A DNA stretch of 64,000 nucleotides, taken from contig CAZBXV010000003.1 in assembly GCA_964496205.1 (NCBI GenBank), positions 13,613 through 77,612 on the forward strand. Direction: 5' to 3'. This DNA comes from an uncultured Acidimicrobiia bacterium (lineage in GTDB: Bacteria > Actinomycetota > Acidimicrobiia > Spongiisociales > UBA4744). Made by a program: the position numbers and the translations under genes. Shown in pieces: positions 1 through 8,955 of this stretch (position 1 is its first letter; the number at the start of each line of letters is the position of its first letter). The notes beneath the pieces were generated by a model. It saw only the letters and a program-made list of their open reading frames with translations. It was not told where the DNA came from and did no database searches.

Positions 1-19
1 ATCGCTTTCAGCAGTCTCT

Positions 20-451
20 TCATGTTCCCTCCAATCCACGACGCCGGAGCTCCGACCGCAGCGCTTCATCTTCATAGCGCATGAGCGCAGGGTCCCATTG
101 GAGCATCTCCGGTGGGTCATCGCGGCCAACAAGGTCCGCGATCTCATCGCGAAGCGTTCGTGCCCAGGCTTGACCCGAAGCGGTGGCGTGCCGAGAAAGG
201 GTTCCATCGGAGTTGGCAACCAGCACCTCGGCAAGAGACTGCGGGTTGCCTCTTGAGCCCTTCTCGCCGTACAGCAGGATGACCGAACCGATCGGGACGT
301 CCTGCACGCCGCCGGTCGCGATGAACGCACCCTCGTAGGCCCAACCTGAAGCCTTCGACTCGTCGACATGCTCGACGACCTTCGCCCAATTCTTGAGTCG
401 GGCGTCTCCCAGGAGTGGGATCGTCACAGGAACGTAAGGGCGGGGCTCCAC
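20..451 (-). CDS. hypothetical protein (143 aa), divergent from the Gfo/Idh/MocA gene
   Basis: Intact ORF with no recognisable motif. Codon bias matches neighbouring genes. Only 35 bp separate it from the divergent gene, so the start is uncertain. Confidence 0.35.
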   Translation of the reverse strand: MEPRPYVPVTIPLLGDARLKNWAKVVEHVDESKASGWAYEGAFIATGGVQDVPIGSVILLYGEKGSRGNPQSLAEVLVANSDGTLSRHATASGQAWARTLRDEIADLVGRDDPPEMLQWDPALMRYEDEALRSELRRRGLEGT

Positions 452-486
452 AGGACCACTGTACCCCGGGGGCTATCGTGTCGGAT

Positions 487-1458
487 ATGGCGCATTGGGG
501 CATCATCGGCACAGGCAGAATCTCCGTGGCACTGGTCGAGGCGATCAGGGAAGCCGGCGGCGAGGTGGTCGCCATCGGATCGTCGTCCCGCGAGCGAGCC
601 GAGTCGTTTGGTGATCTCCATAGGATCCCTCGAAGATACGACAGCCACGAGGCAGTCGCATCAGATCCTGATCTGGACGTCGTCTACATCGCATCCACCA
701 ACGATCTCCACCACCGTCATGCGCTCGAAGTGATCGCGAAAAGCGTCCCGGTGATGTGCGAGAAGCCGTTTGCCCTCAACGCCGGGCAGGCGAGGGAAAT
801 GGTCTCGGCGGCACGGGATCGGGGCGTGTTCTTGATGGAAGCGATGTGGATGCGCTTCCAGCCGGCGACCGACCGGCTGTTGGACTTGATCTCGGAGAGT
901 CGAGTAGGGCAGGTCCACTCGGTCCAGGCAGACTTCGGTTTCCCGGCAAGTCCCCACCCGAGCGATCGACTCTTCGACCCCACGCTCGGTGGCGGAACGA
1001 TCCTCGACCTCGGCGTCTACGTCGTGACGCTTGCATCGCTGGTTCTGGGACCGGTCGAGACCGTCACCGCCGATGTCCAGCGTTCGGAGAGGGGCGTGGA
1101 TCTTCAGGCCGGGATCGTGCTCCGTCACGAAGGTGGCGGCTTCTCGACACTCAGTACCTCGTTCATCACCGACACGAGCAGCGAAGCCGTCATCTCCGGA
1201 CCCGGCGGTCGGATACGGCTGCATGCCCCCTTCCATCACTCACCGAAGATCACGATCGAGCGTGGAACGACACTCGTTGAGACGATCGACATGGCCCCAA
1301 CAGGATCCGAATACAGATTCGAGGTCGAAGAAGTACACAGGTGCCTTGACGCAAGGCTCACCGAGAGCCCGAAGATGCCCCTCGACGACACCCTCGCCGT
1401 GATGGATGTGCTCGACCGGATCAGAGCCGAAGTCGGGTTGACGTACCCGGGTGAGTAA
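487..1458 (+). CDS. Gfo/Idh/MocA family NAD(P)-dependent oxidoreductase
   Basis: N-terminal Rossmann motif GIIGTGRIS. EKP motif (MCEKPFAL) typical of Gfo/Idh/MocA. I verified the ATG at 487; the upstream part of the ORF overlaps the divergent gene. Confidence 0.8.
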   Translation: MAHWGIIGTGRISVALVEAIREAGGEVVAIGSSSRERAESFGDLHRIPRRYDSHEAVASDPDLDVVYIASTNDLHHRHALEVIAKSVPVMCEKPFALNAGQAREMVSAARDRGVFLMEAMWMRFQPATDRLLDLISESRVGQVHSVQADFGFPASPHPSDRLFDPTLGGGTILDLGVYVVTLASLVLGPVETVTADVQRSERGVDLQAGIVLRHEGGGFSTLSTSFITDTSSEAVISGPGGRIRLHAPFHHSPKITIERGTTLVETIDMAPTGSEYRFEVEEVHRCLDARLTESPKMPLDDTLAVMDVLDRIRAEVGLTYPGE

Positions 1459-1616
1459 GCGCTCTGTCCGGAGGCGTTGGTGATGGTCACGGCGAGTCTC
1501 GCCGATGGCAAGGACACAGGACGCAGGCGCACCCGCAGCGGTGCGTCAAGGACGGGGACGCAGCAAGCGGAGTCACCTGGCCACCCTGAACGCGCCAAAC
1601 GTTGCTGATCGGAGCC

Positions 1617-2192
1617 CTACGACTCGCGCCAGCGGTTGGCCAGCCGGTCGGCATACTCGTTCCACCGATACCCCGCGTGGCCCTTGATCCACCTGAGCTT
1701 CAACTCGGGGCGCCAGTTCTCGTACACGGCACGGACGAGGTCGAGGTTCTCGACCTCACCGGTCTTGCGCCTCCAGCCGCGTTTCTCCCAGCCGGCCGCC
1801 CACTCGTTGATGGTGCGCACGGCGAGGTTGGAGTCCGAGTAGACGACGGCGGATACTCCTTCCGGCACCAGGTCGAGCGCAGCACGCAACGCGGTCAGCT
1901 CCATTCTGTTGTTCGTTGTGTGCGGCTCGTGGCCATGTGCTTCGGCAACGATCTCGCCCTCCAGGACATAGACCGCTCCCCAGCCACCCGGCCCGGGGTT
2001 CGGTGACGCTCCCCCGTCCGTAAACACCCCGGAATCGGGGTCCTCGCCGTTTGCCGATGGACCCGGCGTCGCCGCTGTTTCGTTCATGCAGCTGGAGCAG
2101 AGTTTCGGGGTCCAGCCTGGGTAGCGGTCGAGCACCCCCTCGGGAAGCGTGAAGGACGCGCCGCAGCGTTGACAGGTGAACATCGCCGGCAA
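1617..2192 (-). CDS. rnhA: ribonuclease HI with N-terminal CxxC...CxxC zinc-ribbon extension
   Basis: RNase H catalytic residues are all present: FTDGG (Asp1), NNRMEL (Glu), YSDS (Asp2), and H...NEYADRLA (His/Asp). They are preceded by CQRCG...CSSC and a Gly/Pro-rich linker. Confidence 0.8.
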   Translation of the reverse strand: MPAMFTCQRCGASFTLPEGVLDRYPGWTPKLCSSCMNETAATPGPSANGEDPDSGVFTDGGASPNPGPGGWGAVYVLEGEIVAEAHGHEPHTTNNRMELTALRAALDLVPEGVSAVVYSDSNLAVRTINEWAAGWEKRGWRRKTGEVENLDLVRAVYENWRPELKLRWIKGHAGYRWNEYADRLANRWRES

Positions 2193-2202
2193 GGGTACTG
2201 GC

Positions 2203-4464
2203 TCACGGAGCCAGGAACTCGCTCTGCCATGCCGGCCGCAGCCGGGTTCCTCCGTCGGGCGCTGGAAGGACCATCGGCGTCAGACGATCGGGAGCCTGCT
2301 GGTTGTCGAGCATCTCCCACCACTCCTCGTCGGTCAGACGACCGTCGGTGTCGTTCCGCCAGAACTCGTAGTACGAGTACACTCCGCCAACGGCGGCTTG
2401 GAACACGCCGTCGTCGTTGGGAACGAGGACGACGAGTGTGTTGATGGCCCCTGTTCCGATCTCGAGGTACTCGTGGGTGCTCCGTGCGATATCGGCGATG
2501 AGCGCGTCGCTGGAGTCACCCGATGCCACCGCTCCCGTATCAGGATTGACGTCGGACGAGGCGTACCAGAGACCTTCGAGCACGCTTCCCACCTCCCCGA
2601 GCCACGTGTTGTCCTCTTCCGAGATCGTCCTGCCGGCGAGTTCGTCCCCGGCGAGCCTGCCGAGCCGGTCGGCGAACGCCCGGACATTGGACAGCAGCGC
2701 GCCATCGTCATCGTTCAGCAGGCCTCTGTCGTCCAATCCTCGCTGAAGGAGGCCCGCGACCTCTGAGACGCGCTCGAAGGCTGCAGGCTCCGGCTCGACC
2801 CAATGGCGTGGTTCGAGTTCGAGCCAGTCTCCCCCGCCCTCAGCTGCGAAGGCCTGCTTGGCATACAGGATGGTGTCGTGTTTCAGCTCGGCGTAGGAGC
2901 CGAGCCCTGTTGCCAGGGACTTCGCCGTCCATGCATCGGACTGCATGAACGGTGGATAGGCGGTTCCGTGGCTGCGCCACACCGGTTCCAGTGCCGCGAG
3001 CCATGCGTCGTACACGGTCGCAGCCCATTGGTCATCGGTACGGTCATCGACCATCGTGCGCATCGCGCCCATCTGCTCGTCGTAGTGCAGGTACTGGTCC
3101 TCGCCGGCGGCCAGCTGGACATCGAGAGCGAAGTCGGATCCCATGGCGGAGGCAACATCGAGCGGCGACACGTACACGCGCCGCTTCTCGGGGGGTTCCT
3201 GACCGACGTTCGGCCAGGCGAGTTGGTCGAGGATGTACGAATCGATGACGAACCGGGCTCCCATGATCCGAACGGATGCCGCTTCGGGGTTGATGCCGAC
3301 CGATCGAGAGGTGAGCAGCGCATCGCCAACCTGCTGAAGGTAGGCGGGGTCGGTGAGATCACCGCCACTGTCCACGGCAGCTACTTCATACGGTGTGTAG
3401 TCGTCGGCGAGTCCGACCATGAACGCCGTCGGCTCGTAGATGAGTTTCCAGTTGCGTTCGATCTCGGGAAGATCCATTGCCCTCGACAGGAGGAGTGCGA
3501 ACTGCATCGAAGGGTCGTCGACAACAACTGTTCCATTCGTGTCGGACGCGACGAACGACGCTCCTTCCTGGCCGAGAATGGACATGGCCACGAAGTATTG
3601 CTCGAGGGCCTCACTTCTCGTGTAGTGGCCCCGGGGCTTGAAGAGGCTGTAGTCGACGCAGCCTCGCGGGGACACGCCAGGGTTGCACTCCGTGAACCCG
3701 CTGATCGGGGATGTCACCAGCCGGACGGCCTCGTCGGCCAGATCGACCTCCGCTCTGGCAAGCTGGCCGACCTGCCCCACGTCCAGATTCAGCTCGAGCC
3801 CGGCCGCCTCGAACAGCTGGGTCACCCGCGACGCCATGTCTGCGAGCGGGGTGCCCGCGTACGCATCCTCCTGTGCCCGTGCGTTCGCGAGTGACTCCAT
3901 CACGAGGTCTTCCAGAACAGGGAGCAACATGTCTTCCTCCGTGTCCCGCAAGACCTTTGAGAATGCGAGATGCAGGTAGTGGTACGCGACGTCGGCCGTG
4001 ACGAACACCGCGTGGTTGTCGTATGGTGCCTGTGCGTACACGTCCTGGAACAGCCTGTAGTCGGTAGGAACGACGATGAACCCGTTCTCGATCAGCATCC
4101 TTGCGACCGTCTCGTCCTGGAGCGGCCAGGCGGCTTGAGGCGAGACCACGACCTCGTCGAGACTCGTGGGCCACGACGGCCCCGGGTAGGTTCCCGAGTC
4201 GGCAATCGGCGACAGCGTGAGGGAGGCGAACGCTTCGATCTCCCGCGGTTGCTGTGCCGCCGTCACCACGGGAAGGGTGGTCGTGGTGGTCGTCGGCTCG
4301 GTAGTTGTGGTCGAAGTCGTGACTGTGGTGCCGACCGCGGTTGTGGTGACGAGTGACGTCGTCGAAGACGTCTCGGTCGAGGTGGGTGCTGTGTCGTCGG
4401 AGGTTGTGCACCCAGCGGTGATCAACAGAGAGACGGCCAGTGTGAACAGCATGTGTCGTTTCAT
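2203..4464 (-). CDS. secreted lipoprotein of unknown function (DUF3160-like), with Thr-rich linker
   Basis: ATG verified at 4464 (MKRHMLFTLAVSLLITAGC, a lipobox). A roughly 50-aa Thr/Ser-rich low-complexity linker is followed by a large conserved-looking domain. It overlaps the upstream CapA gene by 4 bp (ATGA). Confidence 0.55.
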   Translation of the reverse strand: MKRHMLFTLAVSLLITAGCTTSDDTAPTSTETSSTTSLVTTTAVGTTVTTSTTTTEPTTTTTTLPVVTAAQQPREIEAFASLTLSPIADSGTYPGPSWPTSLDEVVVSPQAAWPLQDETVARMLIENGFIVVPTDYRLFQDVYAQAPYDNHAVFVTADVAYHYLHLAFSKVLRDTEEDMLLPVLEDLVMESLANARAQEDAYAGTPLADMASRVTQLFEAAGLELNLDVGQVGQLARAEVDLADEAVRLVTSPISGFTECNPGVSPRGCVDYSLFKPRGHYTRSEALEQYFVAMSILGQEGASFVASDTNGTVVVDDPSMQFALLLSRAMDLPEIERNWKLIYEPTAFMVGLADDYTPYEVAAVDSGGDLTDPAYLQQVGDALLTSRSVGINPEAASVRIMGARFVIDSYILDQLAWPNVGQEPPEKRRVYVSPLDVASAMGSDFALDVQLAAGEDQYLHYDEQMGAMRTMVDDRTDDQWAATVYDAWLAALEPVWRSHGTAYPPFMQSDAWTAKSLATGLGSYAELKHDTILYAKQAFAAEGGGDWLELEPRHWVEPEPAAFERVSEVAGLLQRGLDDRGLLNDDDGALLSNVRAFADRLGRLAGDELAGRTISEEDNTWLGEVGSVLEGLWYASSDVNPDTGAVASGDSSDALIADIARSTHEYLEIGTGAINTLVVLVPNDDGVFQAAVGGVYSYYEFWRNDTDGRLTDEEWWEMLDNQQAPDRLTPMVLPAPDGGTRLRPAWQSEFLAP

Positions 4465-6017
4465 GATTGCTCCACAATCGGGTCGGTCATTCCATCGCCG
4501 TCTACGTCTGCACACCCGACGACGGCGTTCCACGTCAATGTCGGCGCAACGATGAACCCGAATCCTTGCCATCGCCACCCGCCAAACGCAGGCGTGCCAT
4601 CGTCGGAGACATAGCCGACAGCCAAGCTCCCATCACACGCGACGACTCGGTCGACAGGTTCGAACAGCGTTCCCGCAATCCACTCGGGTCTGAGTCCCGG
4701 GGTCGAGAAGACGCCGACGTGGGCACTTCTGCCCATGGCATCCTTCCAAGGCTTCTCGGGGAAGAGCGCATTGACCGGGTTGTCTTCGAACGGACGTCTG
4801 AAGGCCGCCACAACCTCATCCCGCCCATCCAGATCGATGTCGCCGATCGACGCGTCGATGAGGTCGCCCCACTTGAAATCCGTGGCGTGGAAGTCGTCAC
4901 GAGCTTCGAGAGCAACCGGCCTGGCCAGGGTCCACCACTCGCCGCCCACCATTGCAGCGGTGCTGACCGGCAGCTGCCACTGATCGAAATGAACTCGGCG
5001 ATCGAGGTGGTCGACATCGGCGAGACGATACGCGACCACCCCCTCGGCATCACCGAGCACTTCGAGGATCGCCCCGCGTTTGGTGTTCACGGGGCCCTGA
5101 TCGAACACGAGGTTGCCGAGGCTCGTCGCGACGACGGTGGGACGGTCACCCGAAATGACATAGACGGGCTGGACGACATGGGGCCCGCTCCCCCACATGA
5201 CGTCGACCCCCCACGCGTGGAGTCTTTCGGCGATGGTCGCCAGGTAAGGGTCGGTTCCCTCCCGGTACTCGACACCGCCGTGGATCGCCACAACGAGCAG
5301 GTCGACTGCAGGTCGCAACGCTTCGACCGCCGCTCTGGCGGCCTCCTCGTCCCATCTGGTGATACCGGGCCGGTCGATGGTGGCGACGGTGCCGGCAGCG
5401 GTGGCATCGTATGCGAGGAACCCCACTCGTAGACCGTTGACTTCGACCATCGCAGGGTGTCCTGCCTCGGTGGCGTTTGCGCCCCCACCTACCGCCTCCA
5501 TTCCGGCCTCGGAGATCGCTTCGACGCTGTCGGTCACCGACGCACGGCCGGCGTCCCCAGCGTGGTTGTTGGCAATGGACAGCACATCGAATCCTGCTGT
5601 GGCGAGCAGCTCGGCTGTTTCGGGAGGCGTTTCGAGTGCGTACGGATTCGTCGCGATGTGAGGACGGTTCGTGAAGGGAGACTCCATGTTGGCGCCGGCG
5701 ATATCAACGCTCGACAGGAGAAAGCGGACATCCTCGAAGACCCCGTCAGGATCGCTCTGGACGATACGACTCAACCCCCTGCCCAGCATCACGTCACCTC
5801 CGAGAGCGAGCGTCACGGTGGCGTGTGGTGCCGAGTCGGCAACGGGAATCGTCGTGGTGGCCGCTCCAGTGGTCGTGGTGGCGGCAGGAGTGGCCAGGGA
5901 GAGAACCGTCGGTGGGACCGTGGCGGTTGCACCCGCGTGCACGCTCGAAACGTCGGTCGCGCAACCCGATACGAACAAGACACCGGCAATCAGCAGAACC
6001 AGACGGCGCGTATTCAA
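4461..6017 (-). CDS. CapA-family (poly-gamma-glutamate synthesis type) metallophosphatase lipoprotein
   Basis: TTG start with signal peptide MNTRRLVLLIAGVLFVSGC. Thr/Ala-rich linker. Metallophosphatase motifs GGDVMLGR, SIANNHAGDAG and GPHVVQ. The C-terminal extension is unassigned. Confidence 0.7.
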   Translation of the reverse strand: MNTRRLVLLIAGVLFVSGCATDVSSVHAGATATVPPTVLSLATPAATTTTGAATTTIPVADSAPHATVTLALGGDVMLGRGLSRIVQSDPDGVFEDVRFLLSSVDIAGANMESPFTNRPHIATNPYALETPPETAELLATAGFDVLSIANNHAGDAGRASVTDSVEAISEAGMEAVGGGANATEAGHPAMVEVNGLRVGFLAYDATAAGTVATIDRPGITRWDEEAARAAVEALRPAVDLLVVAIHGGVEYREGTDPYLATIAERLHAWGVDVMWGSGPHVVQPVYVISGDRPTVVATSLGNLVFDQGPVNTKRGAILEVLGDAEGVVAYRLADVDHLDRRVHFDQWQLPVSTAAMVGGEWWTLARPVALEARDDFHATDFKWGDLIDASIGDIDLDGRDEVVAAFRRPFEDNPVNALFPEKPWKDAMGRSAHVGVFSTPGLRPEWIAGTLFEPVDRVVACDGSLAVGYVSDDGTPAFGGWRWQGFGFIVAPTLTWNAVVGCADVDGDGMTDPIVEQS

Positions 6018-6023
6018 CTCCCC

Positions 6024-6911
6024 TCAGCGGTCGATTCTACCTGGGAGAAGGAAGGGGTAGGGACGTCTTCGCACCCTCAGATGCCACCATCGATCGACCC
6101 GGCGGAGGCGCTGAAGGAACTCCCAGAGGCGCGCATCTTTCGCGTAGTAGCGGTCCACCTCGTCGATGGTGAGTGGCTCATCAAGCCGGCAGTTGGCCGC
6201 TTCGACACCTGCCGGGAGCAGGTGTATCAGTCGTTCTTTGTGGAACTGGGCGAGCAGATTCAGGATTGTCGTCCGAACATCGAAGTACTCGTCAATGATC
6301 CCGCGGACCATGAACCGTCTCACGAATCCGCGCAACAGCCAGGGAAGGGAAGCAAGGAAGATGCCGGTGTCGAGCCGGTCCTGCCCCTGATGATCTCTGA
6401 GAAGTGGCGTGGTCACATCGAAGTAGACGATGGACCCGTCGAGAAGTGCCCAATTCGAGATCTGTGCGTCGAAACCAATGCCCGATCCTATGACGGATTC
6501 GATCAGATCGAACACCCGATCGAACAGGTCGATTGCATCATCCACTGACGCGTTCTGAAGATAGCTGTGGCCAAGGAAGCTGTGATCGATCCGGGGTTGA
6601 ACCAGATACAACGCGACGTCCCCGTCGCCCAGGGCAATGCGTTCTGGTGTCGTGGGAACGACGTCGACGCCGGACCCGCGGAGAGCATCCAGGTAGTCGT
6701 TCAAGACTGCCACGTAGTCGTCGACACCGAGGCCGCCGCGGAATGTCGGAAGACGCTTCGCAGCAACGGGCCCATCGGGCCCGTGCCAGGCGACCACGCT
6801 CGTGATCTCTCCGTAGCCGACAACCTCGAGATCCGTGTCAACGCCGGTTCGAAACGCCCTTTCGAATCGGGCTTCGAGTTCGCCCAAATCAGCGACACGA
6901 GCGGGATTCAC
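6024..6911 (-). CDS. protein-kinase-like / APH-fold phosphotransferase (predicted small-molecule kinase)
   Basis: Gly-rich loop GYGEIT followed by AAKRL (VAIK-like Lys). Catalytic-loop-like DAQISNW (D-x4-N). YFDV (DFG-equivalent). GTG start overlaps the upstream aminotransferase stop (GTGA). Confidence 0.5.
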   Translation of the reverse strand: MNPARVADLGELEARFERAFRTGVDTDLEVVGYGEITSVVAWHGPDGPVAAKRLPTFRGGLGVDDYVAVLNDYLDALRGSGVDVVPTTPERIALGDGDVALYLVQPRIDHSFLGHSYLQNASVDDAIDLFDRVFDLIESVIGSGIGFDAQISNWALLDGSIVYFDVTTPLLRDHQGQDRLDTGIFLASLPWLLRGFVRRFMVRGIIDEYFDVRTTILNLLAQFHKERLIHLLPAGVEAANCRLDEPLTIDEVDRYYAKDARLWEFLQRLRRVDRWWHLRVRRRPYPFLLPGRIDR

Positions 6912-8119
6912 GCAAACGTCCTGCGAACCCGCTCGATGATGTCGTCGGCTTCCTCGTCTGTGAGGATGAGCGGCGGCAGGAACTGCAGTGCGGACCGGTC
7001 GTTCTCGGCCCAGATGGCAAACACGCCCTCGTCGAAAAGCAGCTTGGTGGCCAGGACTCCAGCCTCGGGAGCTCCGAATGCGAACCCCATCATCATGCCA
7101 CGGCGGCGGAGCGTGAACGGCAGACCATCGAGACCCTCCTCGAATCGCTCACCCAGGAAGCGGACACGTTCGAGGAAGTCGGGCTGTTCGATCGTGTCGA
7201 GGACTGCCAAACCTGCCGCGCACCCGGGCTCCGCTCCCCCGAAGGTCGACAGATGCACGAACGGCAGCGGTTCGAAAAAGGCGAGGATCTCCTCGGTCAT
7301 CATCGTGGCGCTGATCGGATAGATGCCTCCGCTCAACCCCTTTCCCGTGACGAGAATGTCGGGCTCCACTCCGAGCTGCTGGTAGCACCACACGGTGCCC
7401 GTCCGGCCCAGACCCGTTTGAACCTCGTCGAGGATCAGCAGTGCGCCGCGACGATGGGCGATCTCGGCCGCAGCCTCGAAGTAGTCATCGGATGCGATCG
7501 GCATTCCGAGTGTCGCCGGCACGGGTTCGAGGAGCACGGCCGCCGTGTCGACTCCAACGGCCTCTTCGAGCGCTGCCACGTCGTCGAAGGAAACCTGAAC
7601 GAAGCCGGGGAGGTTCGGACCGAAGGGATCTCGGTACTCGGCATCGCCTGTCGCGAGCGCAAGACCCGTGTGGCCGTGATAGCCACCTTTGGCCGACACG
7701 ATTCCCTGTCGTCCTGTGAATCCCCGTGCGGTCTTGAGAGCCAGGTCCATCGCTTCGCCACCACCAACCCCGAAGATCACACCGGGCAGGTGCCCGCCAG
7801 TCGTCGCTGCGAGTCGTTCGGACAGCTTTGCCCGCATGCCCGACACGAGATGGTGGTTGCCGATGTCGAACGTCTCGAGTGCCGCTCGAACGGCTTCGAG
7901 AACCGGTTGGCTACGGTGGCCGAGATTGTAGAGACCTCCGTTGCAGTGGCAGTTGTAGAACGCATCGCCCGTGTAGGCGTCATAGAACCTCGACCCGGCT
8001 CTGGTCCCCATGACCAGATCGAGGCCCAGCTCCCGGTAGACGGCCACTTTTCCTGGGGCAACGTGCTCACCGTACGCGTCGTAGGTGGCATCGCTAGTGG
8101 GGTACTGCCTGGCGTCCAT
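6908..8119 (-). CDS. class-III (ornithine/GABA/AGXT2-like) PLP aminotransferase-family enzyme
   Basis: Full-length fold-type I class III signature: LILDEVQTGLGRTG, and the PLP lysine in VTGKGLSGG. An AGGAGG-like RBS lies upstream of the ATG. Confidence 0.85.
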   Translation of the reverse strand: MDARQYPTSDATYDAYGEHVAPGKVAVYRELGLDLVMGTRAGSRFYDAYTGDAFYNCHCNGGLYNLGHRSQPVLEAVRAALETFDIGNHHLVSGMRAKLSERLAATTGGHLPGVIFGVGGGEAMDLALKTARGFTGRQGIVSAKGGYHGHTGLALATGDAEYRDPFGPNLPGFVQVSFDDVAALEEAVGVDTAAVLLEPVPATLGMPIASDDYFEAAAEIAHRRGALLILDEVQTGLGRTGTVWCYQQLGVEPDILVTGKGLSGGIYPISATMMTEEILAFFEPLPFVHLSTFGGAEPGCAAGLAVLDTIEQPDFLERVRFLGERFEEGLDGLPFTLRRRGMMMGFAFGAPEAGVLATKLLFDEGVFAIWAENDRSALQFLPPLILTDEEADDIIERVRRTFA

Positions 8120-8184
8120 CGAACTTCCTCCTGCGACAGCATAGGAGTCAACGGCGGGGAGCTGCAGGCTTCTAGACTCGCCCG

Positions 8185-8940
8185 ATGGACCGTGTCGCCA
8201 TTGTCACAGGCGCGTCGTCGGGCATCGGGCGGGCGATCGCGCACGCGTTGGGTGCCGAAGCCATCAGTGTCGTCCTCGCCGCTCGTAGGGAACACCTTCT
8301 TCGCGAGCTGGCCTCGGAGCTGGACAGCCAGACGCTCGTCGTCCCGACCGACATGGCCGACCAGTTGCAGGTTCGGCGCCTGGTCGATGCAACGGTTGAA
8401 CGGTGGGGACGGATCGATCTCGTGATTGGCAACGCGGGTATCTGGCACCACGCGTCCATCGAAGCCACCGAGCCTTCCCTCTGGGAAGAGATGATCCGTG
8501 TCGACTACCTCGCAAACGTCTGGCTCACGCTCGCAGCGCTCCCCCACATGGGATCGGGTTCCCACATCATCTTCATCAACTCCCTCGCCGGTTTCAGAGG
8601 TGTTCCGTCAGAAGCTCCATACGCGGCAGCGAAACACGCCCTTGCAGGCTTCTCGAGTGTCGCTCGGCAGGAACTGAGGTCTCGGGGCATCTCCGTAACC
8701 TCCGTGCACCCTGGCCGCGTCGACACGGCTCCTTTCGAGTCGCTCCGCGTTCCTATGGTGCAGCAGAAGCAACCACCCGAGGTGGTCGCAAAAGCGGTGC
8801 TGTCCGCGATCCACAGGCCCCGTCCCCACATCTACGTTCCAGCGGTTCGCGGCCGCCTCTATGCGTGGTTCGGTCTGCTCGCGCCCAGAGTGTTCGACGC
8901 CCTTGCGCGCCCGTTCAAGCTGGAAGGGGAACTCGACTGA
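8185..8940 (+). CDS. short-chain dehydrogenase/reductase (SDR)
   Basis: TGASSGIGRA cofactor motif, NAG, and a Y-x3-K catalytic pair (YAAAKHA). Confidence 0.85.
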   Translation: MDRVAIVTGASSGIGRAIAHALGAEAISVVLAARREHLLRELASELDSQTLVVPTDMADQLQVRRLVDATVERWGRIDLVIGNAGIWHHASIEATEPSLWEEMIRVDYLANVWLTLAALPHMGSGSHIIFINSLAGFRGVPSEAPYAAAKHALAGFSSVARQELRSRGISVTSVHPGRVDTAPFESLRVPMVQQKQPPEVVAKAVLSAIHRPRPHIYVPAVRGRLYAWFGLLAPRVFDALARPFKLEGELD

Positions 8941-8955
8941 GGGTCGTGCCGGTGG

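Noticed and set aside
2803-3894. 363-aa plus-strand ORF inside the DUF3160-like gene
   Set aside because: Antisense artefact. The minus-strand product has a signal peptide, linker and coherent domain. The plus-strand ORF has no motifs and is Arg/Gly-rich.
5457-6548. 363-aa plus-strand ORF across the CapA-gene and kinase-like-gene junction
   Set aside because: Antisense to two well-supported minus-strand genes. Arg-rich, low-complexity.
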